A DNA stretch of 60,636 bases. Origin: Promethearchaeota archaeon Loki_b31. Lineage in GTDB: Archaea > Asgardarchaeota > Lokiarchaeia > Sigyniarchaeales > SOKP01. Below the pieces are notes generated by a model. The model made no database searches. It was not told the origin of the DNA and worked only from the letters and a program-made list of their open reading frames with translations. The translations under genes and the position numbers were made by a program. This document shows, piece after piece, positions 48,050 to 58,287 of the stretch. Each line of letters opens with the position of its first letter. Position 1 is the stretch's first letter. The stretch is from positions 1 to 60,636 of the forward strand of contig NJBI01000014.1 in NCBI GenBank assembly GCA_005222975.1, given 5' to 3'.

Positions 48050-48805
48050 ATTTTTATATGGATAATTTTATTTAGTCTTTTAAGTAGTCTTGGAGCAATT
48101 TCAGCTGCCGCTATTTTTGTATTGTTAGGGGAAAAATTCCAGAAATCATTAATTTCAATGTTGATCTCCTTTGCGACTGGAACTCTTCTCACAGCTGCAT
48201 TGTTTGGGTTAATTCCGGAGGCAATAGAGAGCGCTGGTGGGGAATCACATACTGTAATGCTCTTTATTTTAGGTGGAATTCTTTCGTTCTTTTTTCTTGA
48301 AAAATTAATTATCTGGCGAAATTGTACTGATGAGGACTGCGATGTTCATTCAGCAGCGGGACCTATTGTACTGATAGGGGACGCTTTACATAACTTTATA
48401 GATGGAATTGTCATTGCAGCGGCTTTCCTTACAAGTTTTTCCGTAGGTGTAGCTGTAGGTCTTGCAATAATTGCCCATGAAGTTCCTCAAGAGACAGGAG
48501 ATTTTGGGATACTTTTGCACGGGGGGTTTTCAAAAAAGAAAGCATTCACCTATAACGCTCTATCAAGTGTAACGACCATTCCTGCAGCAATTATTAGTTA
48601 TTTTCTTTTAGGAGAAATCTCGTTTATCATACCATTCGCCCTTGCAATTTCAGCAGCAAGCTTTTTATACATCGCTTTATCAGATTTAACACCCGAGCTA
48701 CATCAAAAGTGGGGATTTAAACACACATTAAAACAACTAATCCTAATTCTGGCTGGAGTGACAGTGATGATTCTTATCATGGCTTCTATGAACCATAATC
48801 ACTAA
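48050..48805 (+). CDS. ZIP family metal transporter; 5' extended to ATT 48050
   Basis: GDALHNFIDG, HEVPQETGD and SDLTPE. An in-frame upstream TM1 (IFIWIILFSLLSSLG) follows SD GGTGA. Confidence 0.9.
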   Translation: MFIWIILFSLLSSLGAISAAAIFVLLGEKFQKSLISMLISFATGTLLTAALFGLIPEAIESAGGESHTVMLFILGGILSFFFLEKLIIWRNCTDEDCDVHSAAGPIVLIGDALHNFIDGIVIAAAFLTSFSVGVAVGLAIIAHEVPQETGDFGILLHGGFSKKKAFTYNALSSVTTIPAAIISYFLLGEISFIIPFALAISAASFLYIALSDLTPELHQKWGFKHTLKQLILILAGVTVMILIMASMNHNH

Positions 48806-48834
48806 CATATTGAAATAATAGCTAAAATTCTAAT

Positions 48835-49263
48835 ATGCAAGATTTAGATTATATTGTAGTTAAACTTTTATATCGACAGAGTACTCCCTTAAAAATCGGA
48901 AAGATAGCAAAAGAACTTAGAGTTCCTCATTCTACTTTGGGGAGTTGCATCACAAGATTAAAAAGAAAGGAAATCGTTAATTACGAAGCTTATCACGAAG
49001 TAGAGTTGACCTCTAAAGGAAGAGATTTAGCAATAGAATTAGTTAGGCACGCAAGACTCATAGAAACGCTATTACATTACGAATTAGGGGTAAAACCAGA
49101 ACTTGCACATAGAGAAAGCGAAAAGTTAAATCTACTTTTCTCATGTGAAACTATAAATAAAATTTGTAAGAAGTATGGACATCCCAAAAAGTGCCCTTGT
49201 GGTGAAGAGATCTTAAGTTCAAGTCATTGTATATGTGAAACTGAGATGAGAAATAAAGGTTAA
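48835..49263 (+). CDS. DtxR/MntR family metal-dependent regulator
   Basis: HTH, LTSKG...RHARLIE and HPKKCPCG; adjacent to the ZIP gene. Confidence 0.88.
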   Translation: MQDLDYIVVKLLYRQSTPLKIGKIAKELRVPHSTLGSCITRLKRKEIVNYEAYHEVELTSKGRDLAIELVRHARLIETLLHYELGVKPELAHRESEKLNLLFSCETINKICKKYGHPKKCPCGEEILSSSHCICETEMRNKG

Positions 49264-49272
49264 AAAGCTGAA

Positions 49273-49752
49273 TTATTTTATTATTTCGTTTGAAGCGTAA
49301 GCGGTTAATATTTGGCCAAAAAATAAGTGATGGGATGCCATACTTCCAGATTTACACGAATGAACAATTTTGCACTCGTAGGTTAATATACAATCCTTAA
49401 GAGTAGGAACTTTTGTTCGTTTCCCTTCGATGATTTCTAATCCCGTTTCCTTAAATTTATCAATATCCCTACCTGATAATGAACCGGTAATGTCTATTGT
49501 ATCGGCTATTTTAGATGAAGGGATGTTAATCGTAAATTCTTGCACGCCTTCAGTTAGTAACTTGAAAGTATAACGGTAAGGTGATACTGCTATTGTTATG
49601 ACGGGGAGCATCCAGAGTTCTCCAATTGTCTTCCATAGGAGTGCCATTACATTTATTTTTCCATTGGTGTCCATAGAAACTACATGTGCGGCCCGAGACA
49701 TAAAAGCTTCCATATATTCATATGATCCAATTTCTTTCCTATTGTCGGTCAT
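49273..49752 (-). CDS. Flavin reductase-like protein
   Basis: NVMAL, EFTINIP, SGRDIDKF, ECK and HHLFFG. Confidence 0.88.
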   Translation of the reverse strand: MTDNRKEIGSYEYMEAFMSRAAHVVSMDTNGKINVMALLWKTIGELWMLPVITIAVSPYRYTFKLLTEGVQEFTINIPSSKIADTIDITGSLSGRDIDKFKETGLEIIEGKRTKVPTLKDCILTYECKIVHSCKSGSMASHHLFFGQILTAYASNEIIK

Positions 49753-49793
49753 TTCACTCAGATTTTAATATAATTAAAGTAAATACATAAGGT

Positions 49794-50045
49794 TTAAGGC
49801 TCAAAGGGGCTATCATGAATAATCTTATCTATTGCATCTAAGCACACTTCTTCCCAATCATCGTCAGGGTCAACATTTTTGCAACAGTCAGGACACCAAT
49901 CGGCAGAATAGCCATCGTCAAAATCATCAGCCTCCAAATCACCATTTAGAGTTGCTCCACAGTAAAAGCATGTACCCTCGTCATACCTATCTATAATTTT
50001 ATTAATTAGCTCGATTTTTTTCCTTGATTTCATTTTAACACCCAT
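49794..50045 (-). CDS. Small acidic zinc-binding hypothetical protein
   Basis: CFYC...WCPDC. Confidence 0.65.
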   Translation of the reverse strand: MGVKMKSRKKIELINKIIDRYDEGTCFYCGATLNGDLEADDFDDGYSADWCPDCCKNVDPDDDWEEVCLDAIDKIIHDSPFEP

Positions 50046-50129
50046 TTTTAATAAATCTATATTATATTATGGATTGATATCTTAAAAAAAAGTTTGGTTA
50101 AATAAAAAAAATTTCTTTTTTTAAAAAAT

Positions 50130-51164
50130 TTAAATTACTATTTTTGAAGCTTTGATCAAAGATTTTTCAGCGTTCTTTATGATGTTCTCCATAATATCTT
50201 TAACGCTTTCAATAGAGTGAATAATACCAATGCTTTGGCCTAATAAAACTGCACCATCATCTATATTTCCTTCATAAGTCATTTCGTAATGTTTTTGATC
50301 TTCTAGAGCCTTTTGTGGGGTAAGTTGAGCTTCGAGTGCCATTTTTTCTTCTTTACTTGAAACAACACCATGGTGCATCGAATAATTATTTCTCCAAAGC
50401 CTTATCGGACCTAAAACGCCAGTAACCCATGTAGTATCGCTTGCTTTGGCAGAAGGTAGGATATTTTTATAATTTTCGTGAAATTCACTCTCTTTTGAGG
50501 CAATAAATCTAGAACCCATAGCAACTCCTCCAGCTCCTAGGGTCAATGCTGCTGCTACGCCCTCTCCCGTAGCAAAGCCACCACAAGCTATTAATGGGAA
50601 ATCAGGATGCTTTTGTTTAACTTGCTGAAGAAGTACTAAAGAACTTATTTTTTCATACGATTGATGCCCGCCTCCTTCCCAACCTGTAATAGCCATACCA
50701 TCGCATCCTGCAGCAACGCATTTATCAGCTAGCCATAACGCAGGTGCCACATGAAAATGCTTAATATTTGACCCACCATCTTTAAGCTTCTTAAACGCAT
50801 TATTTTGAATCATTTTAGGCGTTCCAGCGCTAGTGATTACGTAAAGACATTGTTCTCTTAATTTAGGTTTATCTCGAATGAACCTAGGAATTGCCCGACA
50901 GAGCCCTGGTGCATCAATCTGCATTCTTGAAGTTCTTATGTTAAAGCCAAAAGGTTTATCAGTATGCTCAACGACATATTCCATATTTTTCTTCATTTCA
51001 GATAAACTACTTTTTCCAAATAAATTAGTATGGCTTAATACTCCTAAACCTCCCGCTTCTGAAACTGCCACAGTTAAGTCTGTAGTATAAAACGGACCCA
51101 TTGGAGCGGCTATAATGGGATATTTAATCCCAAACATTTCTGTTATATTAGTCTTTAAACCCAC
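50130..51164 (-). CDS. Nitronate monooxygenase/FabK-like FMN oxidoreductase
   Basis: PIIAAPM, VSEAGGLG, EGGGH, ACGG, MGSRF and GQSIG. Confidence 0.9.
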   Translation of the reverse strand: MGLKTNITEMFGIKYPIIAAPMGPFYTTDLTVAVSEAGGLGVLSHTNLFGKSSLSEMKKNMEYVVEHTDKPFGFNIRTSRMQIDAPGLCRAIPRFIRDKPKLREQCLYVITSAGTPKMIQNNAFKKLKDGGSNIKHFHVAPALWLADKCVAAGCDGMAITGWEGGGHQSYEKISSLVLLQQVKQKHPDFPLIACGGFATGEGVAAALTLGAGGVAMGSRFIASKESEFHENYKNILPSAKASDTTWVTGVLGPIRLWRNNYSMHHGVVSSKEEKMALEAQLTPQKALEDQKHYEMTYEGNIDDGAVLLGQSIGIIHSIESVKDIMENIIKNAEKSLIKASKIVI

Positions 51165-51678
51165 TGTTTTTCCCTATTATTTAATTTAAATTCTTGTTAT
51201 TATAATGAAAGTATTATGAAAAGTAATAAATAATCTTTTTGAACGTTTAAATACGAAATAATGGATATTATAAAGAGCAAGTAAAAATTTTTATACACAA
51301 AATATTCTCTTTTCAAAAATATTTTATGTTTTACGCAAAAAATCCGAATATGCTGTTGAAATAAAGAATAACATAACAGCAGTAGCTACAAAAACAATAG
51401 CCAAAACATATGATTTCTTTTTAACCTTTCTACTCATCTTTACTTGACAACTAGGGCAATCTATTGTTGGAGCATTGGTTGTTAACGAGATTCCGTGTTC
51501 AATATGTTCTCTTTTTAGCTTTAGGACCTTTAATAGGAATTTTACCTTTGTTCTTACTCCGCAAAGAACCTGATTCTACTAAAATAGGTCAAGGTAAAAA
51601 ATAATTTATAGCTTCTAAAATATTAAATTCTATTACATACTCTGATAAATTAATGTATTTTAATGGTATAAATAGAAA

Positions 51679-52647
51679 TTGACGAAAATGAGTCCTAATA
51701 TCATTTGTTTGGGAGAGCTATTAGTCGAGATAATGCGTACGGAAGTTGATACCCCTCATGGAATAATTGGGGCTTCTTATAAGGGGCCATTTCCAAGTGG
51801 AGCTCCTGCTATATTTATAGACTCGGCTACTCGAATGTCTAAATCATTTAATTTATCTACAGGTTTTATTGGTGTTGTTGGAAACGATGAATTTGGAGAA
51901 GGAGTTCTTAAAAAATTAAAATCTGATGGGGTTGATATTTCTAAAATACGGATTGATAATTCAAGAACTACTGGAATAGCTTTTAATCAATATAATTCAG
52001 ATGGCACTCGAAAATTTATTTTTGCTGCTGGAGCGGCAGGACAAACATCTCCAGATGATATTAATGAGGAATACTTTTCAAATGTAAAATCCCTTCATAT
52101 TATGGGTAGTGCTCTTTCTATAAGTGAATCTTCAAGAGATGCTTGTTATAAAGCGATTGAAATTGCTAAAAATCAGAATCCAAAAGTAATTATCTCATTT
52201 GATCCAAATCTACGACCCGAAATGCTTGAAATTAAGACAATTATTACTATCTCTAAACCTGTCCTTGAAAATTCGACTATATTACTACCAAGTGGTGAAG
52301 AAGCAGAAATGCTAGCTGGTATTAAAGGTGCTGAAAAAGCTTGTAAAAAATTGCTTGAAATGGGACCCAAATTAGTAGTCTTAAAACAAGGAAAAGCTGG
52401 TTGCACCATATATTCTTCAGAAGAAACGAATGGAATAAAAATAGAAGGTTTTGAAGTAGAAGAAATTGATCCTACTGGAGCAGGAGACTCATTTGATGGT
52501 GCCTTTATAGTTGGATATTTAGCAGGGTGGAATTTAAAGATGATAGGTAAATTTGCTAACGCTGTTGGTGCCTTAAAAGTGAAATGCTTCGGACCAATGG
52601 CTAATAATACATATGAAGAAGTATTGAAATTAATGGAAAGAGCTTAA
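51679..52647 (+). CDS. PfkB family carbohydrate kinase
   Basis: GELLVE, SGAPA, FDPNLR and DPTGAGDSF. Confidence 0.93.
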   Translation: MTKMSPNIICLGELLVEIMRTEVDTPHGIIGASYKGPFPSGAPAIFIDSATRMSKSFNLSTGFIGVVGNDEFGEGVLKKLKSDGVDISKIRIDNSRTTGIAFNQYNSDGTRKFIFAAGAAGQTSPDDINEEYFSNVKSLHIMGSALSISESSRDACYKAIEIAKNQNPKVIISFDPNLRPEMLEIKTIITISKPVLENSTILLPSGEEAEMLAGIKGAEKACKKLLEMGPKLVVLKQGKAGCTIYSSEETNGIKIEGFEVEEIDPTGAGDSFDGAFIVGYLAGWNLKMIGKFANAVGALKVKCFGPMANNTYEEVLKLMERA

Positions 52648-52649
52648 AA

Positions 52650-54635
52650 TCATTTTAAATGTAATGAAAAGACCTTAGCTCTAACCATTTGATTATTTTT
52701 AATAATATAATATCTAAAACCTGGTGGCTTAAATTTGAACTTTGCTGAAAGCGGGCCGAGTGCTTGGGTTTGAAATACAAAGGGTTTATTTACATCAAAC
52801 CAAGCCTTTAGTTCAAAAGGATCTTTAATTTCTTTAAATTTATCTCGATATCTGGAAGTGTAAATTTCACATGGTGCTTCGATATAAATTGGGAAAAACC
52901 AAAAACCAAAATTTATTCGATCGGTTTCTTTAGCTTCTTTTAACCGATACTCTTTTAAAGTATGTGTGTGGCCACACATAACGAAATCTACTTTCCTCCT
53001 AATGATTTTATCTGATCCCGTAAAGATTCTCAAAAGCGTAGCCCAATTATACATTATTGTTTGATACTTTAAGTTTAAAACCATATCTAACCTTCCAGTA
53101 TCATTGTATTTTCTTAAATTACTTTCGTAAAAATCTGACCAACTTAGCGGTCTACCTTTAATTTTTAATTTTTTTCTATATTTTCTCTTTTTAAGATAAC
53201 TAAGATTGGGAGAAACTGGAGGTGTATGCATGACAACAATAATTTTCTCATTATGAGCCAATCTTATATATGCCCGTAATAAGTCAACTTGATATTCTTT
53301 AATTCCCTTGGTACTTGGTCCACCTTTTAATAGGTCATGCATATCTGCGAGCGAGTCCTGACCTGTGTCAAGAAATATGAAATTATATTGATCTCCAATT
53401 TTAAGCTTAAAATTAAGATTAGGGTTTATATACCTAAAATAATCTTTTAAAAATTTATCATTAGACCGAAGGGCAGTTAAATAATTAAAAAATTTGATGT
53501 CGTAATATCCTTTCACATCTGAATGAGTCAAACCAAATATTTTATGAATCTGGCCAAATTTAATACCGTAATGCGATTTACGATAGTCGTGATTTCCAAT
53601 AGTGGTAAAAATGGGAACCATAATTTCTTGTTTATTAACGAACTCCTCATCGTTTCCTAAATAGGGAGGTTCTTTTAAACCCTTATTCAATCCAAGTAAT
53701 ATATCAATAAAAACATGAAAATTATTCTTGTAATGATAATTTCCTCTCGCGATGTTAAGATAATCTATTAAATCACCTGTCATTAGAACAAAATCTAAAC
53801 TTTTCTGCGAAACTTTATTATTGGCAAAACTAATTAATTTTCTCAGATTATAATTAAAGTTATATTTTGCTGTTCTTAAATCCTCGTATCTATCTTCTTG
53901 GAATTCTTCCTTGAGTTCAAAATCTCGCGTTAGAATAAATTTGTTTATTTTTGATATTTTTTTTTCGTTACCATCACAATTTTTTACTTTAGCTTTTACA
54001 TTTTGTTTTAGATAATTTAAAATAAAGTCATTTCTCCTAGCAATATGAAAATCTGTAGCGTGAATAAAGCAAAAATCTTTCCAATCTTTATCGTAAATAG
54101 CGATACTATGGTAATTAACTTTATTTTCGCTCATGTTTGGGACATCATGAACGATATCAAACAATAAACAATCTCTTTTAGAAGCTTTTAACAAATTTTC
54201 AATGATTTTAATATCTTGTATTTGAAACCTTACTCTATAAAGCTTACTTCTTTTTCCAAAAACATCGTCAAATTGAAAAACACAATTATTAATATCCCAT
54301 ACTACGCAATTTAACTCCTCTAAAACGGGCTGATCTCTAAAATCTAACTTTTTAATTTTTTCGATTTCAACCATATGTAAAGCTATTAGATCGCCTCGTC
54401 TTTCCGAAAAATTGCCGTTATCTTTTAAAATTGGCTGGATATAGATGTTCAAATGGAAGTGTTCCAAAACTTTTTTCGTTGAATGAGATGGAGATGCTAT
54501 TACTAGAGCTTCGAACGACAAGTTCTTAAATGGAACTTTGTCTCGGTTTTTGTAATCTCTTAAATTCAATAAAATTGGATTTCCTAAATTTGGTTTAATA
54601 ATAATTGGATAATTTCCAAGTTGTATATCAATCAT
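52650..54635 (-). CDS. Large calcineurin-like metallophosphoesterase
   Basis: DFH, TGDLID, GNHD, MHTP and GHTH motifs. Confidence 0.85.
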   Translation of the reverse strand: MIDIQLGNYPIIIKPNLGNPILLNLRDYKNRDKVPFKNLSFEALVIASPSHSTKKVLEHFHLNIYIQPILKDNGNFSERRGDLIALHMVEIEKIKKLDFRDQPVLEELNCVVWDINNCVFQFDDVFGKRSKLYRVRFQIQDIKIIENLLKASKRDCLLFDIVHDVPNMSENKVNYHSIAIYDKDWKDFCFIHATDFHIARRNDFILNYLKQNVKAKVKNCDGNEKKISKINKFILTRDFELKEEFQEDRYEDLRTAKYNFNYNLRKLISFANNKVSQKSLDFVLMTGDLIDYLNIARGNYHYKNNFHVFIDILLGLNKGLKEPPYLGNDEEFVNKQEIMVPIFTTIGNHDYRKSHYGIKFGQIHKIFGLTHSDVKGYYDIKFFNYLTALRSNDKFLKDYFRYINPNLNFKLKIGDQYNFIFLDTGQDSLADMHDLLKGGPSTKGIKEYQVDLLRAYIRLAHNEKIIVVMHTPPVSPNLSYLKKRKYRKKLKIKGRPLSWSDFYESNLRKYNDTGRLDMVLNLKYQTIMYNWATLLRIFTGSDKIIRRKVDFVMCGHTHTLKEYRLKEAKETDRINFGFWFFPIYIEAPCEIYTSRYRDKFKEIKDPFELKAWFDVNKPFVFQTQALGPLSAKFKFKPPGFRYYIIKNNQMVRAKVFSLHLK

Positions 54636-54757
54636 AGTTTAGTCGTAAAAAATTAGGTGAAATTAACCTAATAATTATTATTTGATTTCCTATATTAAAA
54701 TTATATATTTACAGAATTTAATAATAATACATCGACTATTAAAGAAAGGATTTTAAA

Positions 54758-56227
54758 ATGGAAAGATTATACCAACCGGATTTTAGTTCTATTTTTGGAG
54801 CAAGATACGCAAACGCGTTTATCTACGGTCAAATAGACTCCTTAATTTGGCCAATTTTTAGTGATATCGGGCGTTCAGACGCTTTAAAAAAACTATTAGA
54901 ACTTAAGAGTAAGGATGGGCACAATTACTTCTATCACAGACAAATTAGTTTAGAAGACGAAAAAGTAGAACTATTTAGCTCAGATATAACATATGGATTA
55001 GTTCAAGCTATGAATTTACAAAGATCTTACGGTATTACTAATGAAGATGTAATCTCCGTAGTAAAAAAAGAACCAGATTTATTTAAAGCAATACTATCTT
55101 TTGATCTTAACAGTAATGTGATTTCAGAGATAAAAACTATCGAAAATCAAATTCCAGTTGTCGGTGTAGTTATTTATCCTTCTTTTATTAAATTAGATAT
55201 TAATAACCCAAATAATCAAAACTTAAACGCCTTAATCAATTATTGCAAAGACAAAGATTATTTCGTAAAAATTGATATCGGAAATATGAATTTTCAGGAA
55301 AATCATCCAGAATACACTACATATGACAAAATAAAGGCGTTTTTATCAAATAATACTGATATTATTATAATTTTGAGTGGGCTAGATTTTTCTGGAGATT
55401 TTATGTTATACTATCAGCTTTTAAAACTATACAATAACTTATGGATTGAAATCGAACCACGATGTTTTGGAGGTATGACACCAACTGGTTGTTTTAAACA
55501 AATTTTTTCGCTTAAAAATTTTATTCAAAACACCTGGCATAGAATTACAATAGGAAGCGCAACTCCAACTTTGGAAATTGCTCAAATGAAAAAAGGATTA
55601 TTAGAAGCTACTGAAGTTTTAAATTTTTCTCAAAAGAATATATTAAGAACATGGGCTTTTAGAAATGTAAACAGATTAAATCATATTAGGTTTAAAAGTG
55701 AAATTGATCCTAATTTATTTAAACCAATTAAAGAAATCAATCAAATTAACAGAATTGAAAACAATAATGAATTGATAATTGAATATAAATTAAAATTGAG
55801 AAGCTATGCGATAACTCAATTATTGTTTTTAACTGATATTATAAAGGAAATTTTTAAAAGAAGTTTAGAGGAAAATCCAGATTTAAAAAGCGGAGATTTC
55901 TTAATTAGATCTTACCATACTACCACCAGTTTAATTATTAATGAACATGAATATGGAAATTATCTTGATTTACATTATATGTTTGCTGAAATTTCTTCCA
56001 GAGATAGCACCCCATTTCTGCATACCGTAAGAGCGCTCGAAAATCGTGCGGATTTTAATCACTACGATCATGAATTGGCAAGTACTTATGGAAGCCGACA
56101 ATTGACATTACCAATAGTCGATGGAAGGTTGGAAATTGGAAGACGTGAAAATTTTTATATCTTAGTAACATTTGGTCCTCGAACATTTAACATTTACATT
56201 AAGATAAAATTAATTAAGGAAAATTAG
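54758..56227 (+). CDS. Degenerate amidohydrolase-like barrel fused to YjbQ/UPF0047 domain
   Basis: C-terminal HTTTSLIINE...H..A...GPR (YjbQ-like); N-terminal GVVIYP and ITIGSATP (amidohydrolase-like). Confidence 0.6.
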   Translation: MERLYQPDFSSIFGARYANAFIYGQIDSLIWPIFSDIGRSDALKKLLELKSKDGHNYFYHRQISLEDEKVELFSSDITYGLVQAMNLQRSYGITNEDVISVVKKEPDLFKAILSFDLNSNVISEIKTIENQIPVVGVVIYPSFIKLDINNPNNQNLNALINYCKDKDYFVKIDIGNMNFQENHPEYTTYDKIKAFLSNNTDIIIILSGLDFSGDFMLYYQLLKLYNNLWIEIEPRCFGGMTPTGCFKQIFSLKNFIQNTWHRITIGSATPTLEIAQMKKGLLEATEVLNFSQKNILRTWAFRNVNRLNHIRFKSEIDPNLFKPIKEINQINRIENNNELIIEYKLKLRSYAITQLLFLTDIIKEIFKRSLEENPDLKSGDFLIRSYHTTTSLIINEHEYGNYLDLHYMFAEISSRDSTPFLHTVRALENRADFNHYDHELASTYGSRQLTLPIVDGRLEIGRRENFYILVTFGPRTFNIYIKIKLIKEN

Positions 56228-56755
56228 ATGTCATACCTTAAATTAGCTCTGCTACGCTTTTAATAGAGCGAACTCTTGAGTTTTGTAAAAAAATTGAAAA
56301 TTGGGAATTAAAAGCAAATAATTCTCCAATACTGGCTAAAGTAAATGAATTTTTTCAAATTCGCCGAAAATTGATTGAAGATATAGCTAATTAATCCCCC
56401 TATTTTGCTTTTATCGTAATTTAAGCTAAATAAAAAGTATTTTATAATAATTGGGGCTACAAATTCTGAGTTTAACGATGAAAAAAATCAGAAAAAATTT
56501 ATCTTTCTAAAGACACTCATATTTAAATTTATTGCTCGAAATTGAGACTAACAACACGAAAAAAAGTTAGAAGAGAATAGTTTAAAAAGGTGAATTGAGT
56601 ATATTTTATAAAGAAGTTAAGTTTGAGGTAGAAAATGATTATCTATTTATATCAACATTTATTTGAACAAAATTTTCTATATTTAAACAATTAAAAAATT
56701 TAATTTCAAATTCTACTTTTCATTAAATGAAAATAAAAATCATAAAAATTCTAGT

Positions 56756-58216
56756 ATGACTGACGAAATCAAAGAAGAACCGGAAAAAACAGAAGAAAAA
56801 TCCGAAAAAGATATTGAAAAAGTTGATAAAGAGTATTTATCAAAGGCTAAAGATTCAAGAGATTTAATAGATAAGAAACTTAGAACGTTTGAAAATAGTA
56901 TTGAAGATATTTCTGAAACAATTAAAAATGGTGAAGCTGAAAAGGATAAAAAAGAAATAGAAAAAAAAGATTATGAAGAGATTGGCGAAGAAATTCGAGA
57001 AGCGCTAGAAAAACTAGACTCAACTAAAAAAAAAATAGATGATAAGGAAGAATATTTAACTGCAATTGAAGAAACTATTAAGGCACTTGAAGAGAGATAT
57101 AATCGTAAGAACGAAGAAATGAAAAATTTAGAAGACCGTTTAGAGATAATTACAGAGAGTAAAGATAATTTAGAGGAAGAATATAAAGAACTATTAAAAA
57201 TTAACGAACAGTTAGTCAAAACCTACGAAACGAGACAAGTAGATTTGATTGTTTTGACTGATAGTGTAAAAGAAAAAGTAACTAAACAAGATGAACTACG
57301 AACAATAACTTCAAAACTCAATCATGAAAATCGAGAAAAAGAAAACCTACTCAAAAAACAAGAAGAAAATGCTGAGGCTTTAGGAAAAAAAATCAAAAGC
57401 CTAACAGCTGAAAATGAAACGCTAAAAGTTTCAATAGGAAAAAACAAATTTGAATTAGACCATACAAACAAAGAAATTGAAGTAAAAGAAGAAGAAAAAA
57501 AGTTATTATCAGAACAAATTGAGAAAAAAGAAATTCGAATTAAAACTATTGAACAAGAAATTCAGGATTTTCGAGATGGATTTCCTGAGATGGAAAAACA
57601 AAGAGAAACATATGAAGAACTTCTAGCGAAATATAAAATACAGCTAACAGAAAAGCAACAACAGTTAATTGAGGTTGAATCAAGAATACAGCAATTAAAT
57701 GATAATTTACAATCAATAGATGAGCAAATTACAAGTAAAGAGAGTTTGTTTAAGGTTAATGATAAGAGATTAGAAGACATTAAACAAGATATTAAAACTT
57801 CCAATCTTGAATATGTTGAAAGAGAAGGGCGCCTAAACTCTCTTACAGAAAAAGTAGAATATTTGCAAACAGAACACGATAAACTTATTAAATCAAAAGA
57901 AATAATAGACCAAAGTACAAATGATGCTAGGATTATCCTTCAAAAACTAAAGTTAGATCTCGATACTCAAGAAGAAGAAATTAGAGATAAAGAAAGTAGA
58001 ATACAAAGATTAGAATTTTTATCGTTAGTTTATAGATTATCAAAATTTTTTGGTGGAATCCTAATAGGTGTTGGTATTCTCATAATAATTTTAGCACTAC
58101 TCGGTCTTTTGGGAATTTTGAATCTTGGTGATATGGATATCGTACTTTTTCTCATCCTTACAATCTCGGGAGGTTTCTCAATAGTAAGTGGAATTTTCCA
58201 CCTAGAAAAATCTTAA
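56756..58216 (+). CDS. Long coiled-coil protein with two C-terminal TM helices
   Basis: About 420 aa of E/K-rich heptads followed by two hydrophobic segments. Confidence 0.85.
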   Translation: MTDEIKEEPEKTEEKSEKDIEKVDKEYLSKAKDSRDLIDKKLRTFENSIEDISETIKNGEAEKDKKEIEKKDYEEIGEEIREALEKLDSTKKKIDDKEEYLTAIEETIKALEERYNRKNEEMKNLEDRLEIITESKDNLEEEYKELLKINEQLVKTYETRQVDLIVLTDSVKEKVTKQDELRTITSKLNHENREKENLLKKQEENAEALGKKIKSLTAENETLKVSIGKNKFELDHTNKEIEVKEEEKKLLSEQIEKKEIRIKTIEQEIQDFRDGFPEMEKQRETYEELLAKYKIQLTEKQQQLIEVESRIQQLNDNLQSIDEQITSKESLFKVNDKRLEDIKQDIKTSNLEYVEREGRLNSLTEKVEYLQTEHDKLIKSKEIIDQSTNDARIILQKLKLDLDTQEEEIRDKESRIQRLEFLSLVYRLSKFFGGILIGVGILIIILALLGLLGILNLGDMDIVLFLILTISGGFSIVSGIFHLEKS

Positions 58217-58287
58217 GCAAATTAATTTTTAATCCGTAAAATTTTCTTATTATGAAATTATGAAATTACAAACTATAAGGAAAAAAA

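Noticed and set aside
51324-51580. Minus-strand reading frame with CPSC and a TM-like segment
   Set aside because: No convincing start before the Cys motif. It may be a gene remnant, but support is insufficient.
56228-56394. Protein-like open frame (...LLIERTLEFCKKIENWELK...) after the YjbQ fusion
   Set aside because: No in-frame start or recognisable motif; at most a gene fragment.
1996-57804. Short antisense or overlapping ORFs in the track (e.g. 1996-2217, 4392-4739, 26450-26656, 34618-34965, 46861-47223)
   Set aside because: They are shadows of well-supported genes on the opposite strand or in another frame, and carry no motifs.
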